The notes under the pieces were generated by a model that made no database searches, was not told the DNA's origin, and worked only from the letters and a program-made list of their open reading frames with translations. Positions 12,820 through 25,941 of a stretch of 64,000 bases of DNA are shown one piece after another. The DNA comes from Octopus vulgaris (taxonomy: Eukaryota). The stretch is from contig OX597828.1 of assembly GCA_951406725.2 (NCBI GenBank), positions 16,120,001-16,184,000 of the forward strand. The letters are read 5' to 3'. The position numbers and the translations under genes were made by a program. Every line of letters begins with the position of its first letter. The stretch's first letter is position 1.

Positions 12820-13057
12820 CATAGACACACGCACACATATATGCATACGTATACATACATATAATATATGTATGTATTTGTATGTATGTATTTACATATA
12901 TTTGTACGTGTGTATTTTTTAGGATATATATATATATATACATATATTTGTACAGGATACAAGCATAAATACCTTTCCCTCCTTCTATCTGTTAATCTAT
13001 CAATCAATCAATCAATCAATCGATCAATCAATCAATCAATCTATCTATCTATCTATA

Positions 13058-13207
<150 letters not shown>

Positions 13208-13428
13208 ACTATCTATCTATCTATATGTATATATATATATATTTATCTATCTACCTATCTATCTACCTATCAGTCCATTTAATTACCTGTCTGTCTGTCT
13301 GTCTGTTTCTCTGTCTGTCTGTATGTCTATGAATCTATTTAGCTCATCTATCGATGTATGCATTCACACAGTTATATATGTACGGCGGTCTAGATAAATG
13401 GAAACATAAGCAGATGGATTTAATATGC

Positions 13429-13464
<36 letters not shown>

Positions 13465-13625
13465 GCGTGAGTGTATATGTATTTGCATATATATATAATT
13501 GCGTGAGTATATGTGTATTTGCATATATATAATATATATACATACACATGTGCACACATATATATAAATATATCTATATATCTATCTATATATAAATATA
13601 TATAAACATATACATACATACATAT

Positions 13626-13692
<67 letters not shown>

Positions 13693-14005
13693 CATATTTA
13701 TCCACTTATGCATTCTTTGATATCTTCTTTCAAATATTTGTTTCGAAACTTTTGTCTAACTAACCTTTCTTTCTTGAATTCTTTCTTACATTCCTTCTTT
13801 GTCTCGGTGATTTTTGAGAAATTCCAAATTTGGGTTCACTTCTCTCTTCTTTAAATTGTAACTAATTGATAGAACAGAAAGTGTAAAAATAGGACATAAA
13901 CCAAAGAACATACACATACACACACGTACACACATCTACACATATATATGTCTGTGTGTGTGTATCCGTGTGTGTGTGTATCCGTGTGTGTGTATACATG
14001 CATAA

Positions 14006-14073
<68 letters not shown>

Positions 14074-14395
14074 ATACATGTATACATGCATATATATATA
14101 TATATGTGTACATGTATACATGCACGCTTATATACATATATACATACAATCACTTATGTGTATGAATACGTGTATGTGTATATAAATTACAGAACCTTTT
14201 TTTCCCCCCTAAAAAACCATCCACGCACAAAAGATATATACATGCATACAACCACTACGAAAAATATGAAGCAAAATTCACTTCTCCCTCGCAGTAAAAA
14301 TAAAATAAAATAAAATGGAATAAAATAAAATAAAATAAAATAAAAAAGGGTAAATAACCGTAGCTAAAAAATGCCTCCAAAAGACTTTGAGCTTT

Positions 14396-14543
14396 GAAGT
14401 TTTCAAATATTTCTGGATTTATTTTCATTTTTCTTTGATATGTACAGCAATTTCAGGATACTGTCTTTAAAAATTTGTTTCGAGACCAGATTTTAATTAA
14501 CTCAATTAATTGCGAATTTTTTCTTTCCAGTTTTCAATTTTCA
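14396..14543 (+). repeat. Unclassified dispersed repeat (copy of 9592-9719)
   Basis: Pairwise similarity visible by eye. Confidence 0.7.
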
Positions 14544-14848
14544 GTGTATGTATGTATGTATGTATGTATGTATGTATGTATGTATGTATGTATGTATGTA
14601 TGTATGTATGTATGTATGTATGTATGCATGTGTGTATGCATGTGTGTGTATGCTTGTATGAATGTGGGTGTGTATGCTTGTATGCATGCATGTATATATG
14701 TATGTATGCATGTGGGAGTGTATGATTGTATGTGTGTGTATGTATGTAAATAAATATCTATACATACACACATATATGCGTAAATATATATATATATATA
14801 TATATACATATAGATGTAGATGTATACATACATACATACATACATACA

Positions 14849-14884
<36 letters not shown>

Positions 14885-15535
14885 TATTCACATATGTATA
14901 TAGATATGTGTATTCATATATTAGTACAAATAGTTGAGGGCATTTATATATGTAAATACAAAAATATGTATGTATATATTTATGCAATGCGTATATATAT
15001 ATTTATATATACATACATGCATATAGGTATCTGTGATATCTGGCTGTCTGCGTGAGTTTCTGCGTGCGTATACATATGTGTGTATATATATATATATATA
15101 TGCGCGTATTTCAGTTCTTTCAAAAGAAAGAAAAGCAGTAAAACAGACCCAAAACACTAACAACACAACACACGAGTCCCAACAATAATTTCGGCCTATC
15201 TTGAAAGAGAATGTCTTCTCAATTGATAAGATATGTAGGTAGTTAAAATTAATTATCCATCTTCCAACAATTTACATTTCCTCACCAAAGCACTAATAAC
15301 ACGCCCCCTATTCCCCCCTCTCTCTCTTTTTCTCGGTGTCTTTCGCTCTTTCTCTCTTTGTCCCTTTGTCTTTCTTTCTCTGTCTCTCTGTCTCTCTCTC
15401 TCGCTCTGTATATCTCTTTTTACCTCAACTTCTCTCGACTCTATTCTTGTTATCCTGCTCCTTCTCTTTCCCCCTGCAGCATTCTTTCGCCACCTCTTCC
15501 CCTTTCCCTTCCTCTTCCTCCTCCTTCACGTCCTT

Positions 15536-15810
15536 TTTCTTCTTCTTCTTCTTCTTCTTCTTCTTCTTCTTCTTCTTCTATTTCTTCTTCTTCTTCTTCT
15601 TCTTCTTCTTCTTCTTCTTCTTCTTCTTCTTCTTCTTCTTCTTCTTCTTCTTCTTCTTCTGCTTCTTCTTCTTCTTTCTTCTTTTTCTTCTTCTTTCTTC
15701 TTCTTCTTCTTCTTCTTCTTCTTCGTCTTCTTTCTTCTTCCTCCTCTTTTTCTTCTTTTTCTTCTTTTTCTTCTTCTTCTTCTTCTTCTTCTTCTTCTTT
15801 TTCTTCTTCT

Positions 15811-15845
<35 letters not shown>

Positions 15846-16040
15846 TTCTTCTTCTACTTCTTCTTCCGCCCCTTCTCATCATCATCCTCATCATCACCAC
15901 CATCATCATTGTCTTCTCCTTCCCCATCCTTCTCCTCGTCGTAGTCGTCGTCATGATCATGATCATGATCATCATGATCATCATGATCATCATGATCCTG
16001 ATCATCATCATGATCATCATCATCATCATCATCATCATCT
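15536..16040. repeat. Compound (TTC)n-(TCA)n microsatellite
   Basis: Read directly. Confidence 0.95.
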
Positions 16041-16419
16041 TATTCTTCTTCCACTTCCTACACCACGTCGTCGTCGCCATCCGTCATCCCCCTCCTCTTC
16101 ATCTTCCTTCTTTCAGATTCTCCTCCCATTCTAGTCATTTCCCGCTCTGAACTTTCTCCCCATATAATGCAGGAATTTTGTACCTGTGTGCGTGTGAGGT
16201 GGGTGGGTTCTTGTAGGTGTTTGCGTGAGTGTGTGCGTGTGAGCGTGCGCTTGCGTGGAGTCTTTGTGTGCTTATGCATATGTATGCGTCTGTGTGTCTG
16301 TGTACGCACCTTTTGTTTGAGCAAGCGATAACACGTTTTTCTCGGGGTCTGCCACCACCGTCGCGCCCAAATCCACCGGCGATACCACCGACACCTTCAC
16401 ATCCCCACCTCCTACCCAC

Positions 16420-16990
16420 CTACACCACCACCATCACTACAAAATGTTGCCACCCTCACCACCTTCACCACTAGCACCAACACCATTACGCAATCAGCAC
16501 CACCGCCACCATAACCAGCACCATCACCAGCACCACCACTCCTACCATCAGGACCAGCATCACCACCACCATCACAAACACCAGCACCACACCACCACCA
16601 CCACCACCACCACTAGCACCAGCATCACCACCATGATCACCAGCACCAGCACCACCAGCACCACCACCACCACTAGCAACACCACCACTGCTACCACCAG
16701 GACCTGCATCACCACCACCATCACCACCACCACCACCACCACCACCACCACAAACAACAACAATAACATCACACATCACCACCACCACCACACCACCAGC
16801 ACCACCAGCACCACCACCACCACTAACAACACCACTAACAAGACCACCACTGCTACCACCAGGACCAGCATCACCACCACCACCACCACCACCACCACAA
16901 ACAACAAGAACATCACCACAATCCCAACTATCACCACCACCACCACCAGCATGACCAGCACTGCTAGCATCAGCATCCACCTCCACAATC
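16420..16990. repeat. Degenerate (CAC/CAG)n tract with internal duplication
   Basis: accaccactgctaccaccaggacc occurs twice (~16681 and ~16843). Confidence 0.9.
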
Positions 16991-18221
16991 ATTATCCCCA
17001 GCTTCTCCACCTCCTTACGTAAACCATACCATCGAGTAATGATTTCCCCTCGACTCTTTTGCATTTGCTGCGATTCTCAATCATATGAAATTATCTCTCT
17101 CTGAAAATATTTCCAGAATTGTTACGTAATTTTTAATGATATCATTATCATTAATTATTGTTTCTACCTTTCTTTGTTTTCTATGCATATTCATATCTTG
17201 TTATATTCGTATGCTTTTTGTATCATCTTTGTATGCTTTCTTTAGACACCACTCATTTCTTTTTTTTTTTTCATTTATTTATTTATATATTTATTTATTT
17301 GACAGCATCAGCAAACGAAGCTAGCATGACGAGCATTCCTGGAAATCCACGTTGTCCTTCTCTTTCACTTGATAATCATCATCGGTAGTTTGTCTGCCAG
17401 CCAATCCCAGTTAACCGAGGTCAACTTTAAGAACTATTTTCAGCTCCATACAATTATTATCACCAACCACATTTCTTCACCTAATTCCCATCCTTAGTTT
17501 TCACCATATGTTTTGCACCAATGGAATTTTCTAATTTGCGATAAACTTTTGACGCATTTCCTTAGGAAACCTTTCTTAGTTTCCATATCGAAGTTTTGTC
17601 ATATCGTTATCATTTTCAACCAGACAATAGAGAATGAAGACTGTTCACCCGATAAGTTGACTATATTATGACTAAATTCCACGACGATCTAAGTTCACCC
17701 AGGCTCAGAAAACGCAGCTAAAGTCTTCTAAATTAGTTATTAACCACACTACCTGTCTAATTATTTCTGCCTTTACTTCTATGCTATAACTCACTGACAC
17801 AGTAATTTTCTCTCTCATGCCCACCCATAATGCATTATTTTTTAAAATTTCCAATTACACCAAGATTCTCTAGTCTCCTCATCTGTTCCTTGTTAGTTAT
17901 CTTGCTGTTAAAAAAATGTGTTCAACTCACCATGTCGCTATCTACATATCCTATTTAAGTAGGATATGTAGATAGGTTTTTCTATGTCACTCTTCTGCGA
18001 ACTTCTTGGGCAAAGTGTCGTGGGGCCTTGAATCGTAACTCGTCCAGTTTTCTTTTTTTTTCTTGAATCATTAACAAGTGAAGTTCTCCAAGTGCTGGTG
18101 ACACTGAGAACGAGATATTTCGGATATGCTTACTTTCGTTCTAACCCTCGAAGGAATTTCGACCGGTGCTTAGTTGAAATAGTGTAGCAGCTACCATGGT
18201 TTTCATTTCTGTCTCTGCTGT

Positions 18222-18600
18222 TGCTGTTGCTGTTGAGCGAACGGTCTTCGTCCCAGAGCTCGCAAGATGGGAGAAGTCCGAAACGTGGTCCTTTGCTATT
18301 CGTAAGACCCGCAGAAGAGAAAGCAGGTCCCCCGACATCGAGAGCATCGACGGATGGATGAATGCGCATCCAGGCTCAGCGGTTGCGTAGGAAGTCGGGG
18401 GCAAGAAACAGGAAGAAAGAGTGAGAGAAAGTTGGGGCGAAAGAGTACAACAGGGGTCGTCCCCCCTCCCCTGCCGGAGCCTCGTGGAGCTTTAGTCGTT
18501 TTCGCTCAATAAACACACACAACGCCCGGTCTGGGAATCGAAACCGCGATCCTCCGACCGCAAGTCCGCTGCCCTAACCACTGGGCCATTGCGCCTCCTG
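18222..18600 (-). mobile_element. SINE family B, full length, tail type 4, with 13-bp TSD
   Basis: Intact A/B boxes on the minus strand; (caacag)n tail; ctgtctctgctgt at both 18209-18221 and 18601-18613. Confidence 0.9.
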
Positions 18601-19271
18601 CTGTCTCTGCTGTAGTCTGGTGTAACTTTTCTTTTTTCTCTGGTTTTCTCACATCAAAGTAGCCGGTTCTCAGCAGGTTATAACTGCAACACATGTAGCA
18701 GCAAAGCCTTCTGCCCTACTGGCTTTCTCACATCAAAGCAGTCGGCTGTCAGCAGATTCTAACAGCCACGCATGTAGAAACTAAGCCTTCTGCCCTACAC
18801 ACCAGTCCTAGTTTGATTGAATACCTGTCCGATTACACGGAAATGTACAACTCTGTGACAACGTCGAAGAATTCGGCGGTGGATATCAGAATTTGGATTT
18901 CCATAATCCATTCACCCTCAAGTTCTTGCAGGTGACTTCCGCGCCCACAAACTAAAAAGGTAGAGACAGGCCATGGACCATCATTCAGCATCATTCAGTA
19001 TCTTTTAACCTTACCCTTATGCTTATTTCGATTCGCACTGCAGCACAAACCTTTGGATAATTATTTGTTATATTAGCTTTTTTTATTTCTTCTTACCTCA
19101 TCCTTTACCTTAAACATCAAACCACCAAACACATGCGTTAATGTGTCTTCCTCGATTATTTGAACATGCATCCGTCAAATTTTCTTCCCTGGACATCTAA
19201 GAAGCCCCCCCACCTACTTCAATAATGTTTGGAAAATAGAAATATATTTTTCTTACTCTTTTATTGATAAA

Positions 19272-19655
19272 CTAGCAGTATCGCCCGGCGTTGCTCGGGT
19301 TTGTAAGGGAAATAACTATAAAGCATTTTTAGAGAGTTATAGCCAAAAAATTGCAAAAAAATGGGAAAACAATGATGGTAAATTTTTTTTTTAGTTAAAA
19401 AGGTCGAGTTACGTCCCCTAGACAGTCTGTGGTTTGTGTTTCTGATTCTCGACCCCATGTCGAATTTATCGATTTTTTTTCAGAACTGGGGGAACTTTTC
19501 AAAATTTTCGCTGCGTTAGTTTTGAATTATGACATTGGGCTATGTGTGTGTCAAGTTTCATCAGAATCGGTTGAAAGCCGTGGTCAGGGTGAGGGTACAA
19601 CCTAACAGACACACAGACACGCAGACAGACAAACTGCCGTTTATATATAGAGAGA
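19272..19655 (-). mobile_element. Non-autonomous Helitron, complete
   Basis: Minus strand: A|TC start, (tctg)-type repeats, 3' hairpin + CTAG|T; near-identical reverse complement of 60139-60523. Confidence 0.85.
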
Positions 19656-19964
19656 TTACTCGAATAGAAACAATCACTTTTACAGTTCTTTTTTACTTTG
19701 CTTGGACTTGACTGGCGTTCAGTATTCCTTCTTTTATCACTTGAAACATTAACAAACGACGAGTTGCTGCTGTTGTTGGCGATCTTTGGTTGTTATTTAA
19801 CTTTGCATTTACACCGTTGTTTTGGCCGTTTTACTAGTAAAATTGTAACTGACTGAGTTTATAACTCTTTCTATTTATTTAATTGTTATATTTTTTCTGT
19901 TTTTATATATTATATAAATCTATTTTGTGTGTCCTCAAAAATTATTTTTTCCTAAGTGAATTCA

Positions 19965-20550
19965 GTAAAATAATGCAGAAATGTATAAGCGTAGGCATGA
20001 CTATGTGGATAAAGAGCGCATTGGGATGTTCGCCAAGTTTATGGATTCGAAGAGACGGAAATGCGGTACGAACGTGAACCAGAGGTTGTGATGGTGAATG
20101 ATAAATACAGGGTTTTATGGGATTTTTCCATGGATACTGACCATACTGTTGAAGTAAAAGAGATGAAATATGATTGTAGAGGTCAGAAAACAAAAAAACA
20201 AAATCAATGTGAGTATAGACTTTGCAATGCCAAATTATTTTAGAGTGGATACAAAAGAAATTGAGAAAATAGAGAAATATGAAGACGTAGCCAGAGAGAT
20301 AAAGAGAATGTAAAACACAAGGGTGAAAATTGTTTCTGTGGCAATTGGTGTTCTTGGCACAACATCTAAACCGTTGCCGAAGAAGTCAAAGAATATTGGA
20401 ACTGAGACACGTATTGTCGAGTTGCAGATAAGTGCCTTTCTATATTCTGCAAGAATCCTAACAAAGAATCTTGAGATTTGAGAAAATTTGTTGTCACTTA
20501 AGACTGAGGTTAACATTCTAGCTAATTAGAATTAACATTTAATAGACTTT
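19965..20550 (+). mobile_element. 3' fragment of an RLE-type LINE (R4/Dong-like), degraded
   Basis: EPEVVMVNDKYRVLWDF, KEIEKIEKYEDVAREI and VAIGVLG remnants; ends in taataat. Confidence 0.75.
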
Positions 20551-20559
20551 GAATAATAA

Positions 20560-21110
20560 TGGCCGACAAAGACACATCTCTGAAAACGTTTGAAAAACTG
20601 AGCAAGTATAAGGACGCAGAGATTAAAATTAGAAGAATGTAGTCTCTCAAAACATCAACATTACCTGTTGTTATTGGAGCACTTGGAATGGTATGATATC
20701 AAGAGGAGCAAAAAAGTTGACAAGTACCTTACCCCCTTAAAGGGTAGTCGGGGCGCTGCAGCCATGCGATATATCTAGGGTGAGAAAGCCTGACGCAGCC
20801 CATCCCTCTCCAGTCTAAACTCATTTCTACAGCTGAGTGGACTGGAGCAATGCGAAATGAAATGTTTTGCTCAAGAATACAACGCATCACCCGGTCCAGG
20901 AATCGAAGCCATGATCTTACGGTCGTAAGTCCAACTCCCTAACCACTAAGCCACGCGCCTCGACACGCAAACACGTATGTAGATCAAATCCCTGGCAGCT
21001 CCAAAATAAGATCATACTTATGGGCATCTCAAATATTCTACATAAAGATTCCTCTCCATGTAAATGAAACCTTACTCTGTGTTTTTTTTCTCCTACAGAC
21101 ATCAGCAATT
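20560..21110 (+). mobile_element. 3' fragment of an RLE-type LINE interrupted by SINE C
   Basis: EKLSKYKDAEI...LPVVIGALG before the SINE; YVDQIPG...ILMGISNILHK resumes after it. Confidence 0.7.
20730..20961 (-). mobile_element. SINE family C
   Basis: Minus strand gaggcgcgtggcttagtggttaggg...cttcgattcctggaccggg...ttcttgagcaaaaca. Confidence 0.75.
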
Positions 21111-21259
21111 ATAATTGCATTGAATTTCATCTGTAAACATTTTCGGATGCAAAACCTCGTTGTTCCTCAACGTCTCTGGTTCAGGCTTCGGTGCAACTCA
21201 AATAAATTGAAGCAAAAATTGAAACCTAACAGCAACAACAATACCAATAGTAACGACAC

Positions 21260-21467
21260 TTTCTATTATAGGTATAAGGCGCGAAATTTGGGGGAGGGGG
21301 ATAGTCGATCACATCGACCCCAGTACTCAGCTAGTACTTAATTTATCGACCCCGAAAGAATGAACGGTAAAGTTGACTCGGCGGAATTTGAACATAGAAC
21401 GTTGCGACGGGCGAAATACCGCTAAGCATTTCGTCCAGCGTGCTAACAATTCTGCCAGCTCGCCGCT

Positions 21468-21468
<1 letters not shown>
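21260..21468 (-). mobile_element. SINE family D
   Basis: gcggcgagctggcagaat head; gagtcaactttaccgttcattctttcggggtcgataaattaagtac central domain, which resembles the MetaSINE domain as I recall it. Confidence 0.85.
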
Positions 21469-21528
<60 letters not shown>

Positions 21529-21564
21529 TAATAACAATAATGATAATAATAATAATGATAATAA

Positions 21565-21768
21565 TCCTTTCTACTGGAATCACAAGGCCTCAAATCTGGG
21601 GAAAAGGAGTAAGTCGATTACGTCGACCCCAGTGCGTAACTGGTGCTTATCTAATTGATACCGAAAGGATGAAAGGCAAAGTCGACCTCGGTGGAATTTG
21701 AATCCAGAACCTAGCGGTAGATGAAATACCGCTAAGCATTTTGCACGGCGTGCTAATGATTCTGTCAG
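21565..21768 (-). mobile_element. SINE family D
   Basis: Same central domain; flanked by (TAA)n. Confidence 0.8.
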
Positions 21769-21777
21769 CATATAGTC

Positions 21778-21838
<61 letters not shown>

Positions 21839-21869
21839 TGATGATGATGATGATAATAATGATAATGAT

Positions 21870-22247
21870 AGAAAGAACATGTGTGATAATCGACCTAGCA
21901 CGCCCCGGTGACAACACAATCAAAGAAGAAAAAAGATGAAGAAAAATTCAACAACTATGACAATTTGAAGTGGGAAATACGAAGGTCGTGGTCAATGAAG
22001 AGAGTAGACGTGATACGAATAGTAATTTGTGCACTTGGAAGTATCAGCACTCAACTACCAACATGGCTGAAAAAGATTGGTGCAAGTGTGAAGGTAGAAC
22101 ACCTGCAAAAATCAGCATTGCTTGGAACTGCAAGAATTCTTCGCAGGGTTCTTGAAGCATGACCAGTAAACAAGTATCACCTTAGTCTGCTGGCTGTGGA
22201 CAGCTGACACTTTCCATCATATCCAGCAAAATAAGCTGTGGGTTTTC

Positions 22248-22248
<1 letters not shown>
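21870..22248 (+). mobile_element. 3' end of an R4/Dong-like LINE between (TAA/TGA)n tracts
   Basis: ORF 21908-22162 EEKFNNYDNLKWEI...IVICALG...LQKSALLGTARILRRVL, then a 3' UTR and (TAA)n. Confidence 0.85.
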
Positions 22249-22310
<62 letters not shown>

Positions 22311-22383
22311 CAACAACAACAACAATAATAATAACAACAACAACAACAACAACAACAATAATAATAACAACAACAACAATAAT

Positions 22384-22830
22384 GCTAATAGCAAATATTC
22401 TGCTCAATACCACAGATTTGCTTGTCAGTTGTTTGACCTTAACCAGTTGAGCATGTCCCTTAGTGGCTGACGATATGTGCATCTCTGATCACGAGCAGAA
22501 GTAGTGAGGGAGCATCATAGCCATGTGTTGAAAGGAATTCTTTAGGGTTTGAACAATTCACTTCTGAAAACATTGGTGTTTCGTTCAACATCCTTAAACA
22601 ACCCTTATTCAAGGACCTTTTGAGTGGGATGGGTTACTCGACCAGAAAAAATTCTAACTGGGCCCCACCTGCAAGGTCGTGTGCTGTTTATCTTGATATG
22701 AGATCACCATGTCGCGCACATATGGTTGTGATGCATGTGCCCTTATCAGACGGCTAGTCACGATGGGTATACTGGGCTTCGTATATTTTATCCCAGTGTC
22801 ACTTTGATGGCATGCACTGCTCTCTCACTC
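22384..22830 (+). mobile_element. ~550-bp (TAA)n-associated non-autonomous element, 5' truncated
   Basis: High similarity to 63165-63612; ends gctctctcactc-(aat)n. Confidence 0.9.
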
Positions 22831-22866
<36 letters not shown>

Positions 22867-22917
22867 TAATAATAATAATAATGATGATGATGATGATGAT
22901 GATGATAAGATCAACTA

Positions 22918-25084
22918 ATGATTAATAAAGCCATAACTGAAGACAGCCACAGAAAGAAGAAAGGCCTCAGTATGGCCTGGATTGACTACAAAAAGGCGTT
23001 TGAAACCATCCCCCACACATGGATCCTCGAAACACTAGCCATTAACAAAGTAGCACCAACCCTTATAAAATTCATAGAGCACTCTACGAATAAATGGCAA
23101 ACAGTCCTACACCTCCAAACAAAAGAGGGACTCATGAAAACCAAAGACATCCCCATTAGAAGAGGAATATTCCAGGGAGACACGCTCTCTCCACTCCTTT
23201 TCTGCTTGGCACTGTCACCTCTATCTGATATACTAAATAGAACTGGATGCGGATATAAATGTTACGGCAAAACGATCAGCCACCTTTTATATATGGATGA
23301 CCTAAAACTATACGCTGCAAATGACAAACAGCTGGAAACACTATTAAAAACAGTTCATGGATTTACCAAAGAAGTAGATATGAAATTTGGATTAGAAAAA
23401 TGCGCCAAAGTAACCATGAAAAGAGGAAAACTAGTTAAGAGTAACAACATCACACTAGATAAAACCAATGAAATAAAAGAATTAGACCAAAGCCAAACTT
23501 ACAAATACTTAGGAATCCATGAACACAACACACACAAATGAAAGAGAAAATAAAAAAAGAATATTATAGACGAGTTAGATCAATACTAAAAACAGAGCTC
23601 AATGCTAAAAACAAGATAATAGGTATCAACACTTTAGCTGTCCCAGTTATAAGTTACAGCTACAATATCCTTAACTGGACACGAAATGAACTGACCAAAA
23701 TAGATAGGAAAACAAGAAAAATAATGACAGGATCTAGGATGCATCACCCAAAATCTGACATAGAAAGACTATATATACAACGTATAGAAGGTGGTAGAGG
23801 CCTTATACAGCTGGAAAACTACTATAAAATAACCACCATAGGACTGCAAAAATATCTACTTCAGAAGGAAGGAAAACTGATCCAGATAGCGGCAAAACAC
23901 GAGCAAAACAAAAAACTGTTCTCAGTATTTAAGGAAGCTGACAAATACAAACAAGAAATCATACCACCTAATAAACATGAAGAAGAAGAAGAAGATGAAG
24001 AAACAACAAAAGCTATAAAACAAATGAAATCCAAACTAAAAATAGAACAGCAACGAACCATGATAAAACGATGGCAAGAAAAGCCCCTTCATGGTAAATA
24101 CTGGACTAAACTAAACGCAAAAGAAATAGACAAAGAAAAATCCCAGCAATGGTTGAGAAGCTCAGGACTCAAAGCAGAAACAGAGGGATTTTTAATTGCA
24201 GCACAAGACCAAAGCCTCCCCACCAGAAATTACCAAAAACATGTAATGAAAAGAAATATTACAAGTAACTGCAGAATATGTGGAGATGGACAAGAAACAA
24301 TAAATCATATTATCTCTAGCTGCCCAGTCCTGGCTAAGAAGGAATATATTCACAGACATGACAGAGTTGGAACCTACATACATTGGAAGCTATGCCAACA
24401 TTATGGAATAACAACAGAAAAAAGATGGTATAGGCACACACCAGAAAAGGTCACAGAAAACGAGAAAGCAACCATACTCTGGGATATGCCGATACACACA
24501 GATAGAGAAATTAAGGCCAACAGACCAGATATAGTTGTCAGAGATCATGAAGAAAAAAAATGCTTTCTAATTGATGTATCAATACCTATTTCTTTATTAC
24601 CCACAAAGGGCTAAACACAGAGGGGACAAACAAGGACAGACATAGGTATTAAGTCGATTACATCGACCCCCAGTGCGTAACTGGTACTTAATTTATCGAC
24701 CCCGAAAGGATGATAGGCAAAGTCGACCTCGGCGGAATTTGAACTCACAACGTAACGCAGACGAAATACGGCTAAGCATTTCACCCGGCGTGCTAACGTT
24801 TCTGCCAGCTCGCCGCCTTGATGTATCAATACCGGCAGATGACAACGTGTCTCTAAAAGAAATGGAGAAACTCTCAAAATACAAAGACCTGGAAATAGAG
24901 GTAAGTAGAATGTGGAATCTGAAAACAGAAACAATTCCTATCATAGTAGGTGCATTAAGCATGATAAAAAAATATTCAGACAAATACATATCAAAACACC
25001 AGGACTTACAAACACATATAACGTACAGAAAATTGCACTACTAGGCACTGCACACATCCTACGCAGAACACTTTCCATACAATA
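22918..25084 (+). pseudogene. Disrupted RT-RLE ORF (pieces 22918-23541, 23538-24586, 24834-25084)
   Basis: ORF track pieces join after removing the SINE plus one TSD copy; a further frameshift appears near 24990. Confidence 0.85.
24587..24817 (-). mobile_element. SINE family D inserted in the LINE, with 16-bp TSD
   Basis: ttgatgtatcaatacc at 24571-24586 and 24818-24833; the empty site is seen at ~36843-36858(-). Confidence 0.95.
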
Positions 25085-25447
25085 ACCATCAGAGCATTAC
25101 AACAAATCACAGCACATACCCAAGGCACACAGAGCTGCGCTCGGTAGTGAAGTGAAAGCACGCTATAAAAAATAAAACTACTGAATAATAATAATAATAA
25201 TATTAACGGTAATAATAATAATAATAACGACAACGATGATGATGATGATGATGATGATGATGACGACGACGACGACAACGACGTTGATTCTGATGACTGG
25301 GTGAATATTTCCAACGGAAATATACGGTACAATAGAGATGCACAGTGGTTTTGAAAGAGCATTAAAAGCTGTTTGTACCCCAAGAATAATGCGGCTATGC
25401 TAACAGCAAAAGTAAAGGCCACCACCAACTAAAAAGTTTTCAATTTA

Positions 25448-25690
25448 ACTCTTTTTACTCTTTTGTTTCAGTAATTTGACTGTAGCCATGCTGGAGAACA
25501 GCCTTTAGTCGAACGAATTGATCCCAGGACTTATTCTTTCTAAGCCTAGTACTTATTCTATCGGGCTCTTATGCCGAACTGCTAAGTTACGGGGACGTAA
25601 ACACACCAGCATCGGTTGTCAAGCGATGTTGGGGGACAAACACAGACACACAAACATACAGACACACACACACACACAAACACACACACA

Positions 25691-25746
<56 letters not shown>

Positions 25747-25941
25747 CAAGCATATATGTATATATACATACATATATACGACGGGTTTCTTTCAGTTTCC
25801 GTTTACCAAATCCACTTACAAGGTTTTGGTCGGTCCGAGGCTATAGTAGAAGACATTTGCCCAAGGTGCCACGCAGTGGGACTGAACCCGGAACCATGTG
25901 GTTGGTAAGCAAGCTACTTACCACACAGCCACTCCTACGCC
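25448..25941 (-). mobile_element. SINE family A, full length, with internal (TG)n
   Basis: Head ggcgtaggagtggctgtgtggtaag, CORE-like caccttgggcaa, microsatellite, then the 3' module. Confidence 0.9.

Larger units (their letters stand above)
22905..25185 (+). mobile_element. 5'-truncated R4/Dong-clade non-LTR retrotransposon (RT + CCHC + restriction-like endonuclease)
   Basis: RT motifs DYKKAF, GIFQGDTLSP, YMDD and YKYLG; CRIC...HIISSC knuckle; RHD; RPD...IDV...K..KY nuclease. Frameshift near 23525-23540; SINE insertion at 24587; (TAA)n tail. Confidence 0.93.

Noticed and set aside
16444-17064. Mucin-like or His/Thr-rich ORFs
   Set aside because: Open in several frames on both strands because of (CAC)n; no supported exon structure.
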